Below are positions 21,911-29,811 of a DNA stretch of 64,000 nucleotides, piece by piece. The position numbers and the translations under genes are program-made. The first letter of the stretch is position 1. The number at the start of each line of letters is the position of its first letter. The notes under the pieces were generated by a model. That model did no database searches, was not told the DNA's origin, and saw nothing but the letters and a program-made list of their open reading frames with translations. This DNA is from an uncultured Bacteroidia bacterium (GTDB taxonomy: Bacteria > Bacteroidota > Bacteroidia > Bacteroidales > CAJPTX01): positions 2,307 through 66,306 of the forward strand of contig CBDEMG010000012.1 of the NCBI GenBank assembly GCA_965240855.1, given 5' to 3'.

Positions 21911-22849
21911 ATGAATAGACAAGCCACGCGGCAAAACTATTTATATCTTGGAGCAGCGTTGCTAGCTTGTATTCTTTGGTCGCTGGCGTTTGTCTTTATT
22001 AAAATAGGATTGGAATATATGCCTCCGTTGCAATTTGCTGGCATACGTTTTCTATTATCGGGGTTAATTTTATCACCATTAGCTTATCATCAGTCACGTA
22101 AGGAGAACTATACACCTTACGCACTCGTACGTTCCCTACCTCGTCATTTTACGCTTGGAGTCTTGCAAATTGGTTTGAAATACGGATGTTTTTATATCGG
22201 AGTCGCTTTGTTACCTGCGGCGTTGAGTGCTTTGATATCAGGAACGAACCCGCTTGTTGTAGCGCTTTTAGCGCATTGGGTTACTAGAGACGATAAGCTT
22301 ACACCTCGTAAGTTATTTGCACTTCTTTTGGGAGTCGTGGGGGTACTCGTGCTTACGTTCACGCGCAGAGAGATGGGAGCAATAGGAGAGTGGGCTCTAT
22401 TGGGGATATTCTTATTACTTCTGACAAATATCCTCTCTGGAATGGGTGATTTATGGGTACGTCGTGAGAGCCAACATACTCCGAGTGCATTGATAGCCTC
22501 TTTGTCTTTGTTATTTGGTGGTTTGTTCTTACTCCTAGTTGGGTGGAGTTACGAGGGTATTGCACATATCCCCACCTCGTTCGTTTTCTATGGAGCATTG
22601 TTACTTCTTTGTATTATTTCTTCAGGTGCTTTTGCACTTTGGTTTTGGATACTCCAGAGGTCGGGAGTAAAAGTGTCTAATCTCAATATGTGGAAATTCT
22701 TAATCCCACTACTTGGGGCACTATCTGCTTGGTTTATATTGCCTAATGAGCATGCATCTTTGGGGGCTCTATTGGGTATGAGCTTTATTGTAAGTTCGTT
22801 AGTAGTATTGTTTTGGAAGCGGAATGTAAAGAAGGAAAGAATTCGTTAA
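21911..22849 (+). CDS. EamA/DMT family transporter
   Basis: It has about 10 TM helices with a duplicated EamA pattern. ATG 21911 is preferred over the track's TTG 21875. Confidence 0.8.
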   Translation: MNRQATRQNYLYLGAALLACILWSLAFVFIKIGLEYMPPLQFAGIRFLLSGLILSPLAYHQSRKENYTPYALVRSLPRHFTLGVLQIGLKYGCFYIGVALLPAALSALISGTNPLVVALLAHWVTRDDKLTPRKLFALLLGVVGVLVLTFTRREMGAIGEWALLGIFLLLLTNILSGMGDLWVRRESQHTPSALIASLSLLFGGLFLLLVGWSYEGIAHIPTSFVFYGALLLLCIISSGAFALWFWILQRSGVKVSNLNMWKFLIPLLGALSAWFILPNEHASLGALLGMSFIVSSLVVLFWKRNVKKERIR

Positions 22850-22870
22850 AGAGAGTGTTCTCTTGGAAAG

Positions 22871-22912
22871 AAAAACGCTCCAGAGCATCGTGTTAGGAAG
22901 ACTCCAGAGCGC
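22871..22912 (-). terminator. Putative intrinsic terminator of the cyd operon (may act bidirectionally for the EamA gene)
   Basis: On the minus strand, GCGCUCUGGAG..16 nt..CUCUGGAGCGU forms an 11-bp stem that includes 3 G-U pairs, followed by UUUUU. Confidence 0.45.
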
Positions 22913-22938
22913 AGGTTGTAAATAAATAATAGACTTAT

Positions 22939-23043
22939 TTAAGCGTCATTCTTTTCTACACGTTTTATAGCCCAGCGTATGATGAGGTAGCTCCCCAGAA
23001 TAAGGATGGGCCACATGAGAAATTCCAATACCAATAATACCAT
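22939..23043 (-). CDS. Unannotated 34-aa single-TM ORF directly after cydB (candidate CydX-like small subunit)
   Basis: The product is MVLLVLEFLMWPILILGSYLIIRWAIKRVEKNDA. ATG lies 18 nt after the cydB stop and is preceded by AAGGAG plus an 8-nt spacer. The putative cyd terminator follows the ORF. Confidence 0.5.
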   Translation of the reverse strand: MVLLVLEFLMWPILILGSYLIIRWAIKRVEKNDA

Positions 23044-23061
23044 GATTTTGACTCCTTCTTG

Positions 23062-24225
23062 CTAGTATGCTTCTTGTTCTTCTTTCCCTTCGTGTAAAGC
23101 AAATTCCTCGGCTGTCATCTTCTTCTTGTCCATCTGATGCCATGCGTACCAGATATAAGCTAGTACAAATGGGATGAGAAGCGAGACAATGCTCATTGCC
23201 TTTAGAGTGAATTCGCTTGAAGAGCTATTGTAGATGGTAAGGGAGCTTTGTAGGTCGGCAGTAGAGGGATAGAAAGCCGTATTGTTATAACCAACAGAGA
23301 GGAGTAGCATAAGAACGGTAACAATAGTTCCGATCCCTGTAAACCAGATTCCCTTACGTGTGCGATGTAGCAAAGTTGTAATGATACCGAACAAGACCGA
23401 GAGTACACCCAAGAGGAAGAATACTAGGAGTATCGGCATCTCTATAAAATTGATAAAATATTTATAGGGTTGTAAGTATACATGCGCTTGTTGGCGAGTG
23501 TAATCTACCGCAAAACCGTCGCTAAGGAAAATGGAGACAACGAAGCCAACGAAAAAGACAACAAAGGGTAGAGCGTTGTATAATAGAAGCTTGTGTGCAC
23601 GTTTTTGTATAGTCTCATCGTCAATGAGATTGATGTAATAGAGCAATCCGAGTACACGCGCTAAGAAGCAAATCGCAAAGCCTAGCATTAAGTTGCGAGC
23701 ATCGAGTACGGCTTCGAGACCGTGCCAAGGGTTGTTCCAGTAGGAAATAATGGGTTGAGAAAAATCGGTAAGAGAGGAGAGGCGCGCTATGAAATCGGAA
23801 CCTGTGAAAAAAGTACCCACTGCCGTACCGAGCAAAATTGTACCTAAAATACCATTGAGGAAGAGGAAGACTTCAAAGGAGCGTTTACCGAGTATATTTT
23901 TAGGTTTTGTACGAAATTCGTAGGCAACAGCTTGAAGCACAAAAAGGAGTAGAATCGCGATCCATACCCAGTAGGCTCCACCAAAACTCGTAGAGTAGAA
24001 GAGTGGGAAAGATGCAAAAAATGCACCTCCGAAGGTCACAAGAGTGGTAAATGTGAATTCCCACTTGCGCCCCATGGCATTAACGAGCATGAGGCGCTCG
24101 CGTTCGTTGCGAGCGAGGTTGAAAAGAAAGCTCTGTCCCCCTTGTACAAAGAGTAAGAATACTAGCAGGGCTCCTAAGAGTGAGACTAGAAACCACCAAT
24201 AGTGTTGTAAAAAATCGTACGACAT
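23062..24225 (-). CDS. cydB: Cytochrome bd ubiquinol oxidase subunit II
   Basis: It is a 387-aa polytopic membrane protein following cydA, with the N-terminus LQHYWWFLVSLLGALLVFLLFVQGG typical of CydB. Confidence 0.9.
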   Translation of the reverse strand: MSYDFLQHYWWFLVSLLGALLVFLLFVQGGQSFLFNLARNERERLMLVNAMGRKWEFTFTTLVTFGGAFFASFPLFYSTSFGGAYWVWIAILLLFVLQAVAYEFRTKPKNILGKRSFEVFLFLNGILGTILLGTAVGTFFTGSDFIARLSSLTDFSQPIISYWNNPWHGLEAVLDARNLMLGFAICFLARVLGLLYYINLIDDETIQKRAHKLLLYNALPFVVFFVGFVVSIFLSDGFAVDYTRQQAHVYLQPYKYFINFIEMPILLVFFLLGVLSVLFGIITTLLHRTRKGIWFTGIGTIVTVLMLLLSVGYNNTAFYPSTADLQSSLTIYNSSSSEFTLKAMSIVSLLIPFVLAYIWYAWHQMDKKKMTAEEFALHEGKEEQEAY

Positions 24226-24247
24226 TTTTGTAATCTCTCCGCTAGGT

Positions 24248-25804
24248 TTATTGTTCTTTTGGTCCGAGTTTGATCTGCTTGATCATAATACTCAACTCAG
24301 CAATGAGCAACACAGTAAAGAGTACAGCAAAGATCGCGAAAGTGATCTGTACCGCACTCGCATCGATACGTGATACGGCAGAGACGGTAGGCATTACGTC
24401 CTGTATTACCCAAGGTTGGCGTCCGACCTCTGCAACAATCCAACCCGCTTGACTACAGATATAGACGAGCGGGATCATCACAATAGAGGTGATCAGTAAC
24501 CACCGAGCTTTAAATTTCCGTTTCCATGAGTAATAAATAACAAAGAGGAAAAACAGGAGAAAGAGTCCCCCTAACATTACCATAATGTGGAATGAATAGA
24601 AGGTTAGTGGGATGTTGGGGATGAGGCTATTCGTGTCGTTAAGATACCCGTAGCCGAAATATCTAAAATTTGTTTCGAGATCGGTGCGAGCTAGATCCAT
24701 ACCCTCAGTATCGCCCGAAGCTTTACATTCGGTATATCGTCGTAGTGCATTGATAGCCATACGCCCCATTTCAATTTTTTGCTGAGCAGAGGGTTCTTCT
24801 ATGCGTTCGCCTTGAGTATTAGTATACGCATAGTTTCCATCGATGATATCTTCTACACCCGGGACGAAGGCGTTGAAATCGTGGTAGCCTAACCAAGAAA
24901 GCATGTGCGGGATCTCTATTTTGAAGAGATAAGGATCTTGCTCGTCGCCGACTTTTTTAGAAGGATTCAGTAGACCAATTCCCACGAGAGCTGCACCTTC
25001 TTTGCCACGATAGAGTCCTTCCATAGCCGCAAGTTTCATAGGTTGTTTTTGTGCGACTTGGTATGCGGAGCCATCCCCCGTTACGATTACGGCAATGAGA
25101 GAGATAAAACCAAAAATGCCTGCTATGAGGATGCTGCGTTGTGCAAGGCGCTCGTGTCTCTTTTTGAGTAGAAACCAAGCACTTATTCCGATAACAAAGA
25201 TCGCAGCTAGGACGTACCCTGAGGTTATAGTATGTAGAAATTTGTTGATTGCGACAGGCGAGAATAAGACATCGAGGAAGCTTATCATCTCGTTGCGAGC
25301 GGTATCGGGGTTGAAGCGCATTCCTGCTGGGTATTGCATCCAGCCGTTTGCTACAAGAATCCAGAGTGCAGAAAGGTTCGAACCGATGGCAGTGAGCCAA
25401 GTAGAAACTAAGTGGAAACGTTTGCTTACCTTATTCCAACCAAAGAACATTATGGCGATAAAGGTCGATTCCATGAAAAAGGCCATAATCCCTTCGATTG
25501 CGAGTGGAGCACCGAATATATCACCGACAAACCATGAGTAGTTGCTCCAGTTGGTACCGAACTCGAATTCGAGGATTAGCCCTGTCGCTACTCCAATGGC
25601 GAAATTGACACCGAAGAGGCGCATCCAGAACTTCGTGGTTTGTTTCCAATGTTCGTCTCCAGTGCGTACGTAGAGTGTCTCCATGAACGCAATGATAAAG
25701 GTCAAGCCTAAAGTGAGTGGGACGAACAACCAGTGATACATAGCCGTGAGTGCAAATTGCGCACGAGACCAGTCCACCAACGACATATCTACTCCTTCTA
25801 ACAT
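24248..25804 (-). CDS. cydA: Cytochrome bd ubiquinol oxidase subunit I
   Basis: The motifs WSRAQFALTAMYHWLFVPLTLG and EVGRQPWVIQ are characteristic of CydA. Confidence 0.95.
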   Translation of the reverse strand: MLEGVDMSLVDWSRAQFALTAMYHWLFVPLTLGLTFIIAFMETLYVRTGDEHWKQTTKFWMRLFGVNFAIGVATGLILEFEFGTNWSNYSWFVGDIFGAPLAIEGIMAFFMESTFIAIMFFGWNKVSKRFHLVSTWLTAIGSNLSALWILVANGWMQYPAGMRFNPDTARNEMISFLDVLFSPVAINKFLHTITSGYVLAAIFVIGISAWFLLKKRHERLAQRSILIAGIFGFISLIAVIVTGDGSAYQVAQKQPMKLAAMEGLYRGKEGAALVGIGLLNPSKKVGDEQDPYLFKIEIPHMLSWLGYHDFNAFVPGVEDIIDGNYAYTNTQGERIEEPSAQQKIEMGRMAINALRRYTECKASGDTEGMDLARTDLETNFRYFGYGYLNDTNSLIPNIPLTFYSFHIMVMLGGLFLLFFLFVIYYSWKRKFKARWLLITSIVMIPLVYICSQAGWIVAEVGRQPWVIQDVMPTVSAVSRIDASAVQITFAIFAVLFTVLLIAELSIMIKQIKLGPKEQ

Positions 25805-25805
25805 C

Positions 25806-26024
25806 CTATTTATTTTGTCGAGTTAATTCCTGCAGGACATACTCACTCTTCGCCTCGTCTGTCGAGAAGTGAGTGCTTAAGAAATTGGGGAAAAAGAAAA
25901 TCCGTAAGATGACGAACATAATAATGAGCTTGATAATAATCAAAAGCCATAAGGTTCGTCCTACTGTCATACTGCGAAAACCATCGTAATAGAAACGGAA
26001 AATCCGCATTAGAAGAGAGCTCAT
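25806..26024 (-). CDS. Small two-TM membrane protein, DUF4492-like, first gene of the cyd operon
   Basis: It is 72 aa and its stop is 1 nt from the cydA ATG. Its position and size match the DUF4492 genes of Bacteroidota cyd operons, as I remember them. Confidence 0.7.
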   Translation of the reverse strand: MSSLLMRIFRFYYDGFRSMTVGRTLWLLIIIKLIIMFVILRIFFFPNFLSTHFSTDEAKSEYVLQELTRQNK

Positions 26025-26067
26025 CGTGTACGAAAATTTATTACCGACTTCCTCTTAATCTGTTACA

Positions 26068-26075
26068 CAAAAATA
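26068..26075 (-). promoter_or_regulatory. -7 promoter box TATTTTTG for the DUF4492-cydAB operon
   Basis: The plus-strand CAAAAATA is an exact TAnnTTTG on the minus strand, 43 nt upstream of ATG 26024. Confidence 0.45.
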
Positions 26076-26538
26076 CATTTTTACGCAATATTTCCATTAG
26101 AAAGAGAGACGCGAATCGTTCTTTCTAAGAAATCTTAGCGTTCTTTTGAAAAGAGTGCCGCCAGTAGTTTTGTTACTGAACTGTCTTTTCTAACAGTGTA
26201 GAGCGGATTATGTTCAGTTATACCATTTTGGTATGTGGATGATGGGTCTTATGCTGACTTTTAGTCGTTAATTGTTTAGCTATTTTAGCTGTATAGGAAT
26301 TCTCACGGGTGGAAGAAATAAGTAGTTGCTGCTGCTCAACTTGCATCGCGATTGCATAAAAATCAAAAAAAGCTGGAGTAGTTTATTATAGAGTGCATTT
26401 TATTTTATCTATTATTTCGAAACCTAGCACACTGCATCCCGTTATTAATTTCATTAATAGCGCCGTAATTTCATAGAGTATCGTAAGAGCTGATATTTCA
26501 ACTCTGCATCTGCGTGTTTACTCTCCATTTTCCTTGTA

Positions 26539-26563
26539 CCTCACTTGCTCAGAGTAAGTGAGG
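26539..26563. terminator. 8-bp stem-loop 5 nt 3' of the tlyA stop
   Basis: CCTCACTT-9 nt-AAGTGAGG. The only T-run (TTTT) lies on the plus-strand side, so it could end tlyA (minus strand, no U-tract) or a plus-strand transcript from the ORF-free region. Confidence 0.4.
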
Positions 26564-26568
26564 TTTTC

Positions 26569-27384
26569 CTAGTTAAGCGATTGTTGTGCTTGGTGTACGG
26601 TGGTCGTTATAGCAGAGGGAGGAAGATCTATGATAGGATTAGCGTTTTTTTCTATTAGAATTAGATATTCAATATTTTTTTGTTTTCCATTTCCGAGCGG
26701 ACTGAAGGTAAGACCTCGTGTTGAGAATCCAGCCTGTGTGGTTGCTAGAAGAGTCTGTTGTAAGATTTCGGGGTGTAAAGAACTATGTACCACACCGTGT
26801 TTGTTCGAAAAGCGTGCGCCAGTCTCAAATTGCGGTTTTACGAGACAAATTGCCCATCCCATCTGTGGCAAACAAAGTGCGAGCGCAGGCAAAATTGCTT
26901 GTATCGAGATAAAAGAGACATCGCAGACGGCTGCGTCGATCCCTTGCGAGGGCTCAAAAAGTTCGGGTGTTACATCCTTAGCATTGAGTCCTTCGATGGC
27001 TTTTATACGAGGATGTGTTTGTAGTGAGGGGTGTAGTTGGTTGTGCCCCACATCGGTGGCGTAGACAATCGAAGCGCCATATTCGAGAACGCATTGCGTA
27101 AAGCCTCCCGTTGATGCCCCTATATCCCATACGCGCAGATTGCGAAAAGAGCATCCGAAAACATTTATTGCTTTTACCAATTTGAGAGCTCCTTGTGAAA
27201 CGAAATGGAGAAGGGGGATGGGCTCAATGGTGATATCATCGTTTGGTGTAACAAGTTTTGCAACATCGTAAACCACCGTAGCATTGATACGTACAGCCCC
27301 TAGGCGAATAACCTTCTGTGCAAGCGTACGAGAGGAGACTCGTTGTTTTTCTACTAAGAAACGATCTAAACGAATTGTTGACAT
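26569..27384 (-). CDS. tlyA: TlyA family rRNA 2'-O-methyltransferase (S4 + FtsJ domains)
   Basis: The N-terminal S4 domain reads RLDRFLVEK..VSSRTLAQKVI..G.V.IN. The FtsJ SAM motif VWDIGASTGGFTQ is present. Confidence 0.88.
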   Translation of the reverse strand: MSTIRLDRFLVEKQRVSSRTLAQKVIRLGAVRINATVVYDVAKLVTPNDDITIEPIPLLHFVSQGALKLVKAINVFGCSFRNLRVWDIGASTGGFTQCVLEYGASIVYATDVGHNQLHPSLQTHPRIKAIEGLNAKDVTPELFEPSQGIDAAVCDVSFISIQAILPALALCLPQMGWAICLVKPQFETGARFSNKHGVVHSSLHPEILQQTLLATTQAGFSTRGLTFSPLGNGKQKNIEYLILIEKNANPIIDLPPSAITTTVHQAQQSLN

Positions 27385-27427
27385 TGCGTAATCTTAGTGC
27401 AAATTTCTAGAAAATAGGCGAATTTGC

Positions 27428-27435
27428 TAACTTTG
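27428..27435 (+). promoter_or_regulatory. -7 promoter box TAACTTTG only 8 nt from ATG 27444
   Basis: This is an exact TAnnTTTG match. Its position implies a leader of a few nt or none. Confidence 0.4.
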
Positions 27436-27443
27436 CGAAAGGC

Positions 27444-28217
27444 ATGAGAGTATACCTTCTTCTTACGTTTGCTTTTTTGCTTCTCGTATTCGGAAGTGAG
27501 CCGTTGTCTGCGCAGCTATCGCATACTTTCTTTGTGGTAAACGGGCAAAACTGTGCAGAGGGAAGCTGTTCTTTAAATATGCTTAATCAGGAAGTAGGAC
27601 GCCCGCTCCCTATCAGACTCTCTGGAGAAATGCCTAGTGGGGGGCTCGATCTCTTTCTTTCGACAGCGGGGAGAGAAAAACAACTTAAAGGCATTTCTAT
27701 AGAATTTCGTGGATATAGCATTGGCGTGGGAGCAGAGCAATTGCATATTCCTGCCTCGCAAGTCTCAGATTTGTTTGGTACGCTGCACCCCTTGCGTCTT
27801 TACTTAGGTGGAGTGAATGCCTCGAATAGTGGGAGTGTGACTTTGCATATGCGACGTAGTGGTCAAACTAGCGATTGGATCTCGCTCACTATACATTTTG
27901 AGGGATTGAGAATTCCGGGGACAGAACAACCGTGGACAAATAATTTTTTACGAAGTGGGACTCCTGTATTAGTGCCGATCTATCCAAATCCTGTACGACA
28001 GGGGCCTATTTTTGTGGATTTACAGACTTTTCCTGGCGCGAGTCAGGGATATGTTACGGTTATGGATCTTTTGGGAACCGAGCTATATCGTGCTGCAGTT
28101 AGTGGTGCTAGTGTGCATCAGTTCTCCTCGGTACAATTCCCTAAAGGGATCTATTTTGTACGCGTGGAAATGGACGGGCTTGTGCAGTATACGGCTCGGT
28201 TAGTTATCGAGCGTTGA
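27444..28217 (+). CDS. Secreted protein of unknown function with a T9SS type A C-terminal sorting domain
   Basis: It has a signal peptide (LLLVFGSEPLSAQ). The C-terminus IYPNPV..GPIFVDL....G.VTVMDLLG.E......G......F.....PKGIYFVRVE..G....ARLVI fits the Por_Secre_tail pattern. Confidence 0.8.
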   Translation: MRVYLLLTFAFLLLVFGSEPLSAQLSHTFFVVNGQNCAEGSCSLNMLNQEVGRPLPIRLSGEMPSGGLDLFLSTAGREKQLKGISIEFRGYSIGVGAEQLHIPASQVSDLFGTLHPLRLYLGGVNASNSGSVTLHMRRSGQTSDWISLTIHFEGLRIPGTEQPWTNNFLRSGTPVLVPIYPNPVRQGPIFVDLQTFPGASQGYVTVMDLLGTELYRAAVSGASVHQFSSVQFPKGIYFVRVEMDGLVQYTARLVIER

Positions 28218-28313
28218 ATTGAGGGGACGTCTGAAAAAAAAACTTAGCGCTACGAACTTTTTTTAGTTAGAATTGTTTCAAAGATATAGTTGGATAAAGA
28301 AATAAAGAACAAA

Positions 28314-28952
28314 ATGAGTGTATTAGTTGGAAAACCAGCGTATAAGTTTACTGCAGGTGCTGTAGTAAATGGTGGTGAGGTAGTAGAGAATTTCTCCTTG
28401 GAGCAGTATGTCGGTAAGAAGTATGTATTGTTTTTCTTCTACCCAGCCGATTTTACATTTGTATGCCCAACGGAGCTGCATGCTTTCCAAGAAGCTCTGC
28501 CTGAGTTTGAGAAACGCAATGTACAGGTGGTTGCTTGCTCTGTAGATTCGGTCTTCTCGCACTGGAAATGGTTGCAGACACCTGCAAATGAAGGTGGGAT
28601 AAAAGGTGTTACTTATCCGTTGGTTGCAGACCAGACACATTTGATATCGGAAAACTTCGATGTACTAGCTGGTGAGCTCGCATACAACGAAGAGGGGGAT
28701 GTCAGCTTTGCGGGAGTTCCACAATCCTACCGAGGTTTGTTTTTGATAGACAAACAGGGGATTGTGCGCCACGAAGTGGTGAACGATATGCCTCTTGGAC
28801 GTAGTGTTGAGGAAGCTATACGTGTAGTAGATGCTCTTCAATTTTTTGAAGAAAATGGCGAGGTATGCCCTGCTAATTGGCATAAAGGTGAAAAGGGGTT
28901 GAAACCTACACAGGAAGGTATCGCAAATTTCTTGGCAAACAAGAAGAAATAA
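28314..28952 (+). CDS. Typical 2-Cys peroxiredoxin (AhpC/Prx1 subfamily)
   Basis: The peroxidatic Cys motif is FTFVCPTE and the resolving Cys is in GEVCPANW. ATG 28314 is preferred over the track's TTG 28290. Confidence 0.92.
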   Translation: MSVLVGKPAYKFTAGAVVNGGEVVENFSLEQYVGKKYVLFFFYPADFTFVCPTELHAFQEALPEFEKRNVQVVACSVDSVFSHWKWLQTPANEGGIKGVTYPLVADQTHLISENFDVLAGELAYNEEGDVSFAGVPQSYRGLFLIDKQGIVRHEVVNDMPLGRSVEEAIRVVDALQFFEENGEVCPANWHKGEKGLKPTQEGIANFLANKKK

Positions 28953-28976
28953 AAGAATATACACAAATATTCATGA

Positions 28977-29010
28977 GAAGCAGGGGGCGACTCCTGCTTC
29001 TTTTATTTAT
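28977..29010 (+). terminator. Intrinsic terminator after the peroxiredoxin gene
   Basis: GAAGCAGG-8 nt-CCTGCTTC is followed by TTTTATTTAT. Confidence 0.8.
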
Positions 29011-29045
29011 TGCAAACGGGAGTTTACTATTATCTGTCATATATA

Positions 29046-29723
29046 CTATAGATTCATTTTCTCAACTAGGTACTTACTGGCTTCTTGTACTGCAATTTTT
29101 TTATTCCTCCCTGTTGCATAGGCTAGTTCCTGTGTATCTATGAGTATTTTGCATAGAAAAAGCGATGGACTGTGGCTTAACTCTTCAAATAAAAAATTAA
29201 TGTCCTTATGTTCTCGTTGCGACCAATGGAGTACTATTGTGCGATAGTCGTAAAGGTCGCCTTGGAGAGTTTTCCAATCAATGTGCCCATTTTCAAGAAG
29301 ATATTGCGTGACAATTTGTTGCGTTGCTTCGAACCCCTGATCTAGATATATAGCTCCGATGAGAGCTTCGTATGTATTTCCGAGAGTATCTATGCTGAGC
29401 TGCTCGAGCGGTATTTTGGTTCGGATGTACTTTTCTAGTGCGATGTGCTGTGCTATACGGTTAAGATTTTTTCGGCACACGATCATCGAACGCATCCGCG
29501 TGAGTTTACCTTCAGCCATTTCTTGGAAATGGCTGTAGAGGTATGTGGAGACCATGAGTTCAAGTACGGAATCGCCCAAAAATTCGAGACGTTCATAAAA
29601 TAATGCCTCCTGCGAAGGTGTGGTAGATTGCTCTGCATAAAAAGATCTGTGTGTGAGGGCTGTTTGATAGAGAGTAGAGGAATGAATATGAGAGAGACCA
29701 AAATGTTCGTGTAATAGAGGCAT
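29046..29723 (-). CDS. rnc: Ribonuclease III
   Basis: It carries the RNase III signature ERLEFLGDSVLE and a C-terminal dsRBD. Confidence 0.92.
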   Translation of the reverse strand: MPLLHEHFGLSHIHSSTLYQTALTHRSFYAEQSTTPSQEALFYERLEFLGDSVLELMVSTYLYSHFQEMAEGKLTRMRSMIVCRKNLNRIAQHIALEKYIRTKIPLEQLSIDTLGNTYEALIGAIYLDQGFEATQQIVTQYLLENGHIDWKTLQGDLYDYRTIVLHWSQREHKDINFLFEELSHSPSLFLCKILIDTQELAYATGRNKKIAVQEASKYLVEKMNL

Positions 29724-29766
29724 AAAAAAAGCCTGCTTACACCCTCGTGAGAAGAAGTGTAAACAG
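29724..29766 (-). terminator. Terminator-like stem-loop between fabF and rnc, with its U-tract abutting the rnc ATG
   Basis: On the minus strand, CUGUUUACAC-14 nt-GUGUAAGCAG (10 bp, one G-U pair) is followed by GC, then U7, then immediately AUG. Confidence 0.6.
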
Positions 29767-29811
29767 ACTGTACGAACTTTCTGCGCAAGTATGCGAGAAA
29801 GAAACTTATTC

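Noticed and set aside
22879-22910. The direct repeat CTCCAGAGC occurs twice, 23 nt apart.
   Set aside because: The self-complementary GCTC..GAGC content of the two copies explains them as the two arms of the putative cyd/EamA terminator hairpin, not as a repeat element.
26025-26568. I considered whether the ORF-free region could be RNase P RNA, tmRNA, SRP RNA or a replication origin.
   Set aside because: No RNase P (GGAAAGTCCGGGC / ACAGAACCCGGCTTA-like), tmRNA (tRNA-Ala-like ends) or SRP motifs are visible. Only one 8/9 DnaA-box-like site (TGTGGATGA, 26234-26242) is present, which is too little for oriC. The region is kept only as a generic ncRNA/regulatory candidate.
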